Assembly (NCBI RefSeq): GCF_001194135.2
Contig: NC_068999.1
Span: 49,042,326 to 49,106,325, forward strand
DNA from: Octopus bimaculoides
Taxonomy: Eukaryota
DNA: 64,000 nt
Direction of reading: 5' to 3'
Below, piece by piece: positions 11,965 to 24,287 of the stretch. The first letter of the stretch is position 1, and each line of letters opens with the position of its first letter. Made by a program: the position numbers and the translations under genes. The notes below the pieces were generated by a model. The model did not search any database. It worked only from the letters and a program-made list of their open reading frames with translations, and was not told where the DNA came from.

Positions 11965-12490
11965 TATCAATGTATGTGGATTCACAAAAATGTTGAATGA
12001 ATACACACTTGATGCTTGTAACTGGTGAAAAACGCAACGGAAACTTTTCATATCCAGAAATGTGTTATTGTCCACATCTAATCACAGCAGTAAAAATTAA
12101 CCTAATTTCCATTCAGTCTCTCATTAGTTATTAATTACTTCAGTCTCGTTCTGTCTGCAGATATTGAATTTGTAGACTTGAGGAATACGGTATATAAATA
12201 TGTTGGCAACAAGTCCATGTTTTTGTAAGCGGGGGTGAGTGAATCAATAGCTGGATGTTGTTGGCACTTATTTTACTAACTTTGGAGAGAAAGACAAAAG
12301 TTGAAGTTGGCTCTCACGGTGAGGTGGATGTAAATATAGTGACCATTTCAATTAAAGCTACTATGAGTCACAGCTAGAATATACTTGATCATAGATCTGC
12401 GGGACCAACATTGACTAAAGTTAAACAAAAACAACCCTAGGGCTTCATTACTTCATCCATCCTTCTTATCAACCCACTATTCCTAGAACT

Positions 12491-12685
12491 TTGAGCTGGA
12501 ACAGTCATGTGATGTTGTGATGTGCATGACGACTAGCAAGGCATAAAGAGATGTCAAACAATGCATGCGGAAGGAACCAGCAGCAGACCTCAAAATAGAT
12601 GTAAGAAGCAGTGGAGTCTGATCTCAAGATGCTGAACCTCACAAACTTGGCAAAGTGGTGCAACAAGTGGCAAGTTGAGATACAA
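12491..12685 (+). pseudogene. Old, decayed RTE ORF2 C-terminal fragment
   Basis: Across frameshifts it reads LSWNSHVM..MHDD..IKRCQTMHAEGTSSRP..EAVESDLKMLNLT..KW, collinear with the RTE peptide at 45 kb. Confidence 0.6.
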
Positions 12686-13336
12686 TGCAAAAGCGGATCA
12701 GTTCAATACAATCCAACAGCATTAAAGCGAGTCATAAAATGGTGGAGTAAAGGGGAGGAGGAAGAGGGGAAGATGAAGGGAATAGGGGGAGGGGAAGATG
12801 GAGATGAGGGGGGAAGAGAGGGGAGGAGGAGAAAGAAGAGAAGATAAGGGAGATGAGAGGGGAGAGGGAGGAAAGGGGGCATGGTAGGAGGAGTGTGGGG
12901 GGAGGACGGGAGGAGGAGGAGGGGAGAAGTTGAGGAGGAGAGTATAAGGTAACACCACTCAGCGGATAAATAGGAATGATGGCTCACGGGATGAGAGTTG
13001 ACACTTGTCTGAGAAAAGGAAAGTTCCTCTTCGTTGCTACGCAAATTATTGTTGGCAACAGCAACCATACGACTCCCCACCACCACCACCGCCAACAACA
13101 ACAACAACAACAACAAGAGAAACAACAATAGCAATGGAATCCTCCACTGCATGTTCTCATTGTAACACCAACAACAACCAACGCTTCAAATATTTTTACA
13201 TGTTGCTATTGAGATTGAAACAAATCAAACAGACAGGCAGTCTGCCTCCACAGAATCCAGTTTCCTTCTAGTTTCTATCCTTAGTAGGTGTTATTCCCCA
13301 CCACCACCACCACCAACCTCACCTCTTTTACCAAAG

Positions 13337-13370
<34 letters not shown>

Positions 13371-14117
13371 CTGATCAATATTGTACAGCAAGTCTCTCAT
13401 CACACTCTCTCGTGTATGTATGTAACAAAGCCCTCACTCCCCAGCCGAACCCTAACCAGCCCCTTCAATTCTTCTGCCCTGTAACCCCACCAAGACCCAT
13501 GCAAACTCCTCACCCCACTCACACAACCACCACTGGTTTTAGATTCAAGCAGTTGAACAACTCTGTTCTCTCTGCATTTCTTCTTTCATCTCTCTCCTTC
13601 CCTCCTTTTAATACTCTCTTCATTACTCTCTCTCTCTCTCTCTCTCTCTACTTCTCTCTCTCCCCCCTTTCTCTCTACTTCTCTCTCTCTCTCTCCCTTT
13701 CTCTACTGCTCTCTTTACTGTTCTCTCTCACTCATTACTGATCTCTCTATCTCTGCCGCTGCTGCAGCTGCTCTCTCTCTCTCTCTCTCTCCTACTCCCG
13801 CTCTCCCCCTACTTCTTTCTTGCCTCCCTCAACTATTCCCAGACTTCTCTTTCACCAAACTCTTCCAAATTGCCATTACCACATTCAGTTACAATTATTT
13901 AAAATAAATTAAGAAATAAAGACATAAATAATAATTATATAAAACAAAAACGTAAATTAAAACAAAAACAAAACTGTCCAAACACAGTTTTCTGCATCAT
14001 CTAAAAAGACTATTCCAATCTATCAGGTTAAATTACATTTTGAGATATCAAGCAAGACATAATGACTACTTATTTCTGCCATGGTTTTAGTTAATTAGTT
14101 AGTTTCAGTTTAGATAG

Positions 14118-14205
<88 letters not shown>

Positions 14206-14838
14206 NNNNNNNNNNNNNNNNNNNNNNNNNNNNNNNNNNNNNNNNNNNNNNNNNNNNNNNNNNNNNNNNNNNNNNNNNNNNNNNNNNNNNNNNNNNNNNN
14301 NNNNNNNNNNNNNNNNNNNNNNNNNNNNNNNNNNNNNNNNNNNNNNNNNNNNNNNNNNNNNNNNNNNNNNNNNNNNNNNNNNNNNNNNNNNNNNNNNNNN
14401 NNNNNNNNNNNNNNNNNNNNNNNNNNNNNNNNNNNNNNNNNNNNNNNNNNNNNNNNNNNNNNNNNNNNNNNNNNNNNNNNNNNNNNNNNNNNNNNNNNNN
14501 NNNNNNNNNNNNNNNNNNNNNNNNNNNNNNNNNNNNNNNNNNNNNNNNNNNNNNNNNNNNNNNNNNNNNNNNNNNNNNNNNNNNNNNNNNNNNNNNNNNN
14601 NNNNNNNNNNNNNNNNNNNNNNNNNNNNNNNNNNNNNNNNNNNNNNNNNNNNNNNNNNNNNNNNNNNNNNNNNNNNNNNNNNNNNNNNNNNNNNNNNNNN
14701 NNNNNNNNNNNNNNNNNNNNNNNNNNNNNNNNNNNNNNNNNNNNNNNNNNNNNNNNNNNNNNNNNNNNNNNNNNNNNNNNNNNNNNNNNNNNNNNNNNNN
14801 NNNNNNNNNNNNNNNNNNNNNNNNNNNNNNNNNNNNNN
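14206..14838. other. Assembly gap (largest of several; others 1908-2203, 19677-20041, 44698-44910, 59732-59802, plus short placeholders)
   Basis: Runs of n, mostly adjacent to microsatellites or repeats. Confidence 0.99.
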
Positions 14839-14876
<38 letters not shown>

Positions 14877-14971
14877 ACATACATACATGTGTGTATGTAT
14901 GCAAGTTCATGCATATAAATACATGAGTAAATATACAAACATAGACACACATACATGTAAATAAATATTCA

Positions 14972-15038
<67 letters not shown>

Positions 15039-15389
15039 GTACACATCCATACAGACATAATACCAACATTATCAAGCATCATATTCTATCACAGCTTCAT
15101 TGAGCACATTCTTCCTTTACCATCAAGAGGAAGTTGTTGTCTTGGAGGAAAGAGCTAAGGGATGCAGTACATTAGTTCCCTCCCTCCATCAAATCAACGT
15201 TACCTGAACAGGTGCACTGTGCGTCATGCATCAGATGTCATAAATCTTTGCAGAGCAACACGAGGTGAAGTATTTTGTTGAAGAACACAACACACCACCA
15301 AGTCTAAGAATTGAAACCATGGTCTCCCAATTGTGAATGCAATACTAACCACTAGGCCATGCATCATCACATACATACATATATCATAT

Positions 15390-15605
15390 TTTTGGCCAGT
15401 GCCGGTGACACAAAAAAGCACCCATGCTGGTGACACATAAAAGGTACACACTACACTCTTGGAGAGGTTAGCATTAGGAAAAGCATCCAGCCATAGAAAC
15501 CAAGACAAAATCAGACTGGAACCTGGTACAGCTCTCCGGCTTACAAGTTCCAGTCTAACCCATACCAGCATGGAAAGCAGACACTAAATGATGATGATGA
15601 TGATG
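15390..15605 (+). mobile_element. Short RTE-3'UTR-related element with (GAT)n tail
   Basis: ggttagcattaggaaaagcatccagc..aacccataccagcatggaaagcagacactaaatgatgatg. Further copies at ~31478-31620 (+), ~44205-44250, ~46885-47045 (-) and ~61390-61585 (-). Confidence 0.75.
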
Positions 15606-17440
15606 ATATATATATATATATATATACTCATACATACAAATACACATACATGCGTGTACACACACAAATACATAAGTATGTGTTGCATAAACAAAAGCAG
15701 AAAAGATTTTAAACAAAAACTGGAAAAAAATAATAATAAAACAGAAAAAAAAAAACATCTTCACATGGACACATGAGAAATAGAAAAATTAATGTAATTA
15801 CTAAACTAATTTAATAAATATCAAAAAGGTACTCATGGAGAAAATCAGATTAGCCAGAAAGACTTGGCACTCCAACCAAGCTTACACTGTTGTTCTTCTG
15901 AAATTTCTCCGAGCCAAGCTTGAAGGAAATGGTGTTAATTTAATTAAAACAGGCTCTAATGAGCATTGTTTTCTCTGAAGTAGGTTGGAGCCCTCAAATT
16001 TTTTGTAGACCATCCTGCAGGGAATACTGAGCTTTACAGGTGTTCCAGTGTCAACTAGTACTTAACTGGAGGAATCTCAGATGGTCAAGTTTGTAAGATG
16101 AATATTGGATGGATATCTGAGCAACATGTCTGCAGTTTGTAAGACTGCAAGCTGGCAGAATCGTGAGCATGCTGGGCAAAATGCTTCACAGAATTTCATG
16201 TGTCTTTACGTTCTGAATACAAATGCTGCTGGGATCAACTGTCTTTCATCCTTTCAGAGTCAATAAAATAAGTACCAGTTGAGCATGGGGATCAGTGTAA
16301 TCGACTTATCCTCTCCCTTAAAATTGCTGGCCTTGGGCCATATTTTGAAACAAGTATGTCTGCAGTTTGTATTATCCTCTCACACAGGCCCAGTATTATT
16401 ACAGCTGTATCTGTTTAGCACCAGCTCAGCCCTTCTAAGACACACCTCTGATCAAAGAGGCTTTGATTGCTGAAAGAAGTTTTTATAAAACTAGTCTGTA
16501 AATGTTGAATGTTTATGGTGGTTCACTAGAATAAAATAGCAATCAAAGGGGTCCATAGATAGAAAAATGGCTGGGAATCCCTGGACTAGAGCAACATGAA
16601 ATGATGTGACCCACTCAAGAACACAACACTCTGGCTGGTCTAGGGTCCGAACCCATGACTTTATAATCACAAGCCAAATACCTTAACCACAAGGCCATGT
16701 GCCTTCACCATAACAAAAGAAAACAACAAAACTAAAACAAAAACAATAAAACTAAAAAGAAACTAATGAGGAAAAACTAATTAGGATGCGCTATATTATT
16801 TTTAGAATTAACTAGGTTTATAGCTATCTGTTAGGTGGGCTATTTTCATTAGCTATGTTGTAATTACAATATGCTAGATCTAGCTAGAAATTGGCTAAAT
16901 TAGCAACTCTGATTGAAAAGGTGAATAAATTCTGAAGTGTTCAGGATGAAAGAGAAACAGAGAGACTGGGGAAACTGTGCCTCACAGTGACAGCATGTAA
17001 ACACACACATTATCAAGGCTCGTTGTTGTAATTAACATTGTAAGTAATTGTTAGGAATGTTTTAGGATTTAGTTTCTTCTTTTTATTTGTTTCATACTTT
17101 ATTGACAGTGTTCCTAGGATGGAGAATTAGTCACTGTTTCTAGCAAGTCGAATGATCACATGGCCATGCCTTGCATCTTACAAATTCTTGTTCCGGTACA
17201 TCAAAAAAAAAAGACAACTTGTGTCTTCAGGTTTGAGTTTCAGAAAAAAAGGTTGGCCCTATATAATAGACAGTGTTTGTAGGGAGTGCATTGATGGAGA
17301 TTTAGCTGTTGTTTCTAGAAGGTCCAATGACCACATGGGAGATTTCCACCATGACTAAGTAAAAACTCGTGGCATATGGTGAAGGACAGGAAGAGAAGAG
17401 GAGAAAGGTCTGAATAAACTGGACAAGGTAGAAACGAGGA

Positions 17441-17880
17441 GTGTGTGTAAGGGGAGACAAATGTTTTTAGTTGGAGTTATGAACTCTTTTTCGACTCTTC
17501 CTGTTGAATAAACTAAAAACATTTGTCTTCCCTTACACACACTTCCTGTTTTGACACCACACTTCCTGCTTAACACAAACTTTTAATCCTTTGTTTAAAC
17601 CTAACACAACTCTTAATTCTCATGCATCCTTATTTTTCCAACCATTATATACATGAACTACCATTGAACTTCAAAAGCTCAAAGACAATATAATGTATTG
17701 GTATAGTTATTTTTTTATATATTATTTTCTTCATTTTGTACTTCTTTGTAAAAAACATTTTCATTCTCCTTCTTGAAAATTTGCTTCTCAATGAAAACCG
17801 GTTAGAAACCTTTATTAAAATATGCTTCCAATTTGAAATCTTTATTAAAACATGCTTCCAATTTAGCATTCTGCCTTATT
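17441..17880. mobile_element. Second copy of the foldback element with shortened hairpin
   Basis: Collinear with ~4443-4897, with a deletion in the right arm and a 30-bp tandem duplication at ~17805-17864. Confidence 0.8.
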
Positions 17881-17889
17881 CTTCATTTT

Positions 17890-17935
<46 letters not shown>

Positions 17936-18889
17936 AATGTGTATGTCTTTATGCCTGTGTTTGTCCCCCACCACCACTTGACAAACAGTGTAGATGTGTT
18001 TACATCCCCTGTAACTTAGCAGTTCAGCAAAGGAAGTCCGATAGAATAAGTATCGGGCTTTAAAAAAAAAAAAAAGTCCAGGAGTCAGTTTGTTCAACTA
18101 AAATCCTTCGAGGCAGTGGTGCCCCAGCATGGCCACAGTCAAATGACGGAAATAAGTAAAAGACTAAAAGAATACATGTGACCATTGTAGTTAAGGAACT
18201 TTAGAGAGGGAAGATAGAGGGGGAGAGGGGGAGAGAGAGAGCGAGAGTGTAAAGATTGCCATTCTATACTTTGTATTGTGACACCATTTTAGTTATATTT
18301 CTCATCTACTTAAAAGGCTGGAGAAATAGGGGATAAGCATTATACTTTAGAACCCTTAAGTTCTGAAAGGATTAACTCTGTGTGTGTGTGTGTGTGTGTA
18401 ATGTTCATATGCATGCACATGTACACAAACATACACACACAAGTGAACAGAGATTATTTTCAATTTCCTTCCACTTGACTTAGCTTCAGTCACTTGATAT
18501 AGTTTTTACACAGCACTATAATTCTTTCTGCCCCTTTATTTATTTATTTATAATATTATTGTTATTATTATTATTATTATTATTATTCAGTTATCATCAA
18601 AAGCTATTGAGAACGATAGCCTCATCAAGAAATTCAATGAGACAGTCTATACCTCAATGCAACTTAAGAAATCTTTTTACACACACACATATTGAGAGAC
18701 AGAGTGCAGGAGAGAGAGAGGGGGGGAGGAGTTACAAATAGTCAAGTTAGTATAGCCAGCAAGGGTACTGAGCTCTCGGGCAGAGAGCAGGGATTGCAGT
18801 TTGTAACCTGGTCTTTACTGGTGCTGTATCCATGATAAACATTTTACTCTAAATGAATTTATCCATTGAGCAGTAATTAAGTTACCGTT

Positions 18890-19085
18890 GTTGTTCAGTC
18901 GCAAGACATCTCCAACTGACCAACAGCTGTGATCAAAATTGTTCTAGCCATGGCCATCCCAATTAGTTTTCAGATAAAGGGTATCTAAGATTACATTATT
19001 GAATATGTCTTTCTCCTTTTCTCTTTTCTAAATGGTACTGTGTGATCCATAAGAGATTTAGCTGCTATTTCTAATAGATCAAAAA
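18890..19085. repeat. Dispersed ~200-bp repeat family (gttgttcag..gatcaaa..ccatg..agatttagctgctatttcta)
   Basis: Recognisable fragments also at ~425-490, ~5690-5830, ~8860-8940, ~17130-17345, ~22520-22585, ~26410-26500, ~38760-38810 and ~39425-39640. Confidence 0.6.
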
Positions 19086-20087
19086 ATCACAAAAAAAGAC
19101 TCCATCATTGGCTTTTGGTCCACTGGTTATAGAGTACCACTGTCATACAGACAATGACAGTCAGTTCCAACATCGTGCAAAAACATGTCTAACCTTGCTT
19201 TGCTTGGAAACAGATGAGGAGGAGGAGGACCTAGAAGCTAATGGTATTCAAGTACAATATCAATTTCAGCAGAACCAATCCGACATTTCATCAGAGACAT
19301 TGCACAATTTTATCAGCACCATTCCACAATTTTTGTCAGAGAGCCATCATAATACTACCATTTCGTCTCAGAGCCATTCCTCCACTCTGCTTCAACAACA
19401 AAAACAAGTAACACAATATGAGAGAAACCCTAAACAATTCCATTATGACAGCTATTCACTGTACTTGCTTTGTATGGGGCTGCTGTAAGGCAATACCTAA
19501 CAAAAACCATCACATCATCCATTTTCCCTAACATTAATGTGTGTGTGGAAGTATGTGATACCGTATATTGTGTATAAAACAGAAAAATGACTTTTTCTTC
19601 CTGGAAATACTTTCTATTTGACATCTCATTTTATTAGGAATGTAGATTATTCACAGAACAATATTATTGCCACCACNNNNNNNNNNNNNNNNNNNNNNNN
19701 NNNNNNNNNNNNNNNNNNNNNNNNNNNNNNNNNNNNNNNNNNNNNNNNNNNNNNNNNNNNNNNNNNNNNNNNNNNNNNNNNNNNNNNNNNNNNNNNNNNN
19801 NNNNNNNNNNNNNNNNNNNNNNNNNNNNNNNNNNNNNNNNNNNNNNNNNNNNNNNNNNNNNNNNNNNNNNNNNNNNNNNNNNNNNNNNNNNNNNNNNNNN
19901 NNNNNNNNNNNNNNNNNNNNNNNNNNNNNNNNNNNNNNNNNNNNNNNNNNNNNNNNNNNNNNNNNNNNNNNNNNNNNNNNNNNNNNNNNNNNNNNNNNNN
20001 NNNNNNNNNNNNNNNNNNNNNNNNNNNNNNNNNNNNNNNNNTCTCATTTTATTAGGAATGTAGATTATTCACAGAACAATATTATTG

Positions 20088-20357
20088 CCACCACCACCTC
20101 TACAATAGCTACTACTACTACTACTACTACTGCCACAGCTTCTTTTACCACCACCAGTACTACAGCTACTACCACCACCTCCGCTACCACTATAGCTACT
20201 ACTACCACCACCATCACTACTGCTACCACCGTCACCACCAGCACTACCACTACTACTATTACCACTACTACTATCCCCACCACTACTCCTACTACCACTA
20301 CAACCACCACCTCCACTACCACTATAGCTACTACTACCACCACCACCACCACCACTA
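20088..20357 (+). repeat. Degenerate (ACC/ACT)n trinucleotide tract
   Basis: Directly visible; translates as poly-Thr. Confidence 0.9.
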
Positions 20358-21152
20358 ACAAGGAGAATAGAAACAGCAGTTATAAGCTTAATGGTACTTA
20401 TTACGGCAACAACAATAAGAATAGGAACAGCAAAGTCAAGCAAGATGAAGCCAACCTCATCTTGTAGGGCCTCGAGACACAAGAAGCAAGATGCAGGTGT
20501 GTATGTTTGCATGCACACAACACACCACTACATCATCAACATCACCTATATCCACACCACCACCACCGATTTGCAACTGGCCAATCGGAAACAAGCATTT
20601 CAGCCAACTATGTTGTTTAAAATGGTAAGTTCTTTGACATCGAATAACAACAAATAAAGAATATCAATTCTGAAGAGTGGCATTTGTCCAAAAATAAAAA
20701 TAAATTACAAAACAAAAAAAAAACAACAACAACAAAAAACACATTTTTCCTGTGCTGAATAATTAATTTGTTCAATTTGGAAATCTGCCACACATGACAA
20801 ATGTGTGTTTATTTTAGTAGTTTGTCTTACCCCACCTGCTTCTGAAATTGGAGAGGAGGAGAAGAGGAAAAGGATATGAATAAGGATATTAAGAAATATA
20901 AAATTGGTTTCATTTTCGTTTTCAGATCCACTTATTTCCATTTCATTTGTATTTCAGATGATATCGTTTTATTTCTGCTACCCCACCTACCAAATATAGA
21001 ACGTTGAGTCCAAGCAAGGGTATGAGTTTAAGAAGTTTGCATACCCCCCACCCCTTTAGCAAGCAGATCAATCTGTCAAATGTAATGCTTATTTGCTCAG
21101 TTGTTTTGAATTAATCAAATATTATTTCAGAGCTTTGAGATTTCAATGGTTG

Positions 21153-21462
21153 TTACCTCCACCTTAACGAAGGCAGAGGTACTGTTTTCAGCCAAGTTTG
21201 TTTGTTTGTCTGTGGACAAGGTATCTCAAGAACTGCTGGATGGATTCGGATGAAGCTTTCAGGGACGTTTGGCCTCGTCACTGGCACAAACTGATTAGAT
21301 TTTGGGATCAATCTAGTACCAGACAAAGAATCTGGATTATTTTTCTGGTTTAATTACTTAATTTTTGAGAGCGGTAGGGTTCATTTTTAGTATTCTCGTT
21401 TGTGAGAACAGTCAAGTTTATTTCAGGTATTCTCATTTTAAAAATCATCTCTGGCTAATCAT
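21153..21462 (+). mobile_element. Non-autonomous element, possibly Helentron-derived (HINE-like); its 3' part recurs at ~48225-48495
   Basis: The two copies overlap over ~230 bp. The 5' end is ttacctccacc..tgtttgtttgtctgt and the 3' end is tagtggaggtttgcgctctct; acctccac/gtggaggt forms a short subterminal inverted repeat. Confidence 0.45.
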
Positions 21463-21959
21463 TGAGAGGACATTACAGCAAATGTTCAAAATGTAAACCA
21501 TTATTTGCAATACAGTTATGACATTGTTCAACGCTTGAATCAGTTATTTTTTTGCACAACTCCAGCATAATATCTTGCCATGCATTTATGATGCTCTATT
21601 TCAGATGACTGAGAGCTTTCTGTTTAGCACTGAACACCTGAGTTTTCAGTACTCCACAGTGAAAGAAGTACGGAGGACTGAGGTTTGGGGAACTTGCAGG
21701 CCATTCCATGAACAATTAGCAATATTCAATAAATTCAAAAGGGTTTGGTTACTTTTAGGCCACTCTGTATATAGGGAAGGTGTTTGTATGGTTAAGCAGC
21801 TCACATCCCAACCATATCATTTCAGATTCAATCTCACTGCAAGGCACCTTGGGCAAGAGCTGACTCAGGGCTATAAACCAACAACATGATGAATTATATG
21901 TTATTCTCAAAAAAAAAATACACCAAGAGTTTGATAATTAATAGTTCATCCAACCCCAA

Positions 21960-22460
21960 AAAGAGGAAAGATCAAGTTGATCTTGATGTGATTTGAACTC
22001 AAAATGCAAAGCACAAGGCATCCATCCAGTCCTGTGTTTTTACAGTTCTGCCAATTTTCTACTTTTATTTGGTACATTTTGTATTGAATCTGAAAGAATG
22101 GAAGGTCAAATTGACCTCAGCAGGATTTGAACTCAAAATGCAAAGAACCGTAACAAATACTGCAAGGCATCCAGTCCTGTGGTTTTATAGTTCTGCAAAT
22201 CCGACACCCACTTGGATTGTACTTCTCGTATCAACCTAGAGTGGATAAAAAGCCAATTTGGCCTCAGTGGGATTTGAACTCAAAATGCAAAGAATCAGAA
22301 CAGACTGAGTAAGGCATCCAGTTTTTACAGTTCCACCAATTCTCTATCTTAGATTCGTACTTTTTCTCTTTTTTTTTTTTGTCATTTTATTATTGACACT
22401 GAATGAATGAAAGGCTAAGTTAACCTAAGCAGGATTTGAACTCAGAGCAGAGACGGTCAG
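21960..22460 (-). repeat. Four tandem degenerate SINE-B-derived units (~135-165 bp)
   Basis: atttgaactcaaaatgcaaag recurs at ~21991, ~22125 and ~22273, with a variant at ~22435, each but the last followed by aaggcatcca..ttt(t)a(c/t)agttc. Confidence 0.75.
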
Positions 22461-22997
22461 AACAAACACTGAGCAAAGTATTAGAGTCTAAGAATTCAGT
22501 TAATCCAATATCACAAGGCTGTGGTTGGAATGTCTTTGGTCACGTGACTACGTAAACCAGAGCTGACTTTGAACAAAACAACAATATAATTGTCTAATCG
22601 TACAATCAAGAGAAATATTTAGAAATGCAATTTGAAGAACAATAACGAACTTAATAATTATAATTAACACCAAACAATAACGTCAAGTCAACTGGTATAA
22701 TTCCAGATAATTAAAGAATAAATAATATTGCCATTTCTTTTAATCATTGATTAGCATTCACTCTCTCGTTCTCCACCCCCAGCTCCCTCCCTTTGTCTTC
22801 CTCCTCCCACCCCTCCCCATACCTTTATGTTAAAGGGCAAAGAAGGCAGGAGTAGCTTTCATACAGCAATTTTAGAGTTCCAATTATCATTATTGCTTGC
22901 ACTTCATTTGACGTCCCTGTGGCAAATAAAAGTAACTTTCATCATCATCATTATCATCACTATTACTATTATCATTATTAGTATTAGTATCATTTAC

Positions 22998-23037
<40 letters not shown>

Positions 23038-24287
23038 GCATCACCAATGACTGCATCTTTGGCTTCCCTCATGGCACATTCCTATATAAAAAAAAATCCA
23101 ATTCCCTCTGGGCCTTTTCATTTCGGTAAGGAGGGGAGAGATCACGGAAAAAGTGTGTGTGTGTGTGTGAGGATGTGTGCGCATGTGTCACAAAATAACT
23201 GGGAGTCTTCATGTTTGGGAGTTCTTGGCGTGGAGGGGGGGGGCAGAACACTAGAATATGAGTTAGTGGTATCAACTATTTCAACCAATTGATTTATCCA
23301 TTAAAGCTTTAGATAGTTTAGAGTAAAGCAAAGGAGCTTGTGTCCTTATGTCCTTAGAGATGAGACGAACAGACTGCGACAGATAGAAATGTGTGTGTGT
23401 GTGTGTGTGTCTGTGTGTGGTGTGTGTGTTGAGACAGACAGTCATACTTAAAACAATTACAGATAAGAGACAGATTAATAAATGGAAATAAACTATGGTA
23501 ATATGGGAATAAAGGAAGACCAAAAAAATAGATATAAGAGACAAGATAGAGCAGAGACATGTAAATGTCACAAAAAGCTATTTAAAAAAAAAAAATTGGC
23601 CTGGGTAAGAGAGGGGAAGAGAGGCGGACAAAACAAGACAGAGAGAGAGAGAGAGGGAGAGAGGGCGGAGGTCAGAAGTACAATGATAAAAGAGAGAGAA
23701 AAGGAGGGAAATAGTGTGTGTGTGTGTGTAAGAGAGAGTAAGGGTTAAGGGGAAAATATATAGAATTGTAAACAGAAACAGACAGAATAAAAATAATGGA
23801 GAAAGAGTAAGAGAGTGTGAGAGAAAGTTGGTGAAGCACGAATATATAGATGAAAAGACAACACGCAAAGAGAAAAATGAATTGTGTGTGAGAGAGAGAG
23901 AGAGAGAGAAAAGAGAGAGTAAGAGAAGAGAGGGAGAAATAAAGAGTGAGACATCATAATGCAACAACAGTAATTCTTAATGTTTTTGCAAATAGGGTTA
24001 GAGAGTGGATGGTCATAAAACAAAAAAGGGACTAGAGGCGATGAGAGCAGGGGGGTGGGGGGAAGAAACGAAGGGGGGTGCATATTGTGCTGTTGTCTAA
24101 GACTATTCCAGGAATTCATTTACGAAAATAAATGAATAAATAGATAAATAAATAAAATACTTAAATAAGTAAATAAACAACTGGGGCTTTTTTTGGACTT
24201 GTTATTTTAATGTCTTCGCCAAGTTAATCTACTACCAACTCTGCTCTGCTTTCTTACCCCCCCCCCCCCAACACACACATGCACACT

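Noticed and set aside
14091-15075. Long ORFs spanning N runs (also ~1791-2627 and 19618-20467)
   Set aside because: Their length comes from X codons and dinucleotide repeats.
19620-20096. Apparent ~55-bp direct repeat flanking the 19677-20041 gap
   Set aside because: Identical sequence on both sides of an N run indicates an unmerged contig overlap, so the gap is probably false.
22537-22550. GTCACGTGAC (USF/TFE-type) motif
   Set aside because: Lies inside a degenerate copy of a dispersed repeat family; a single motif is not evidence.
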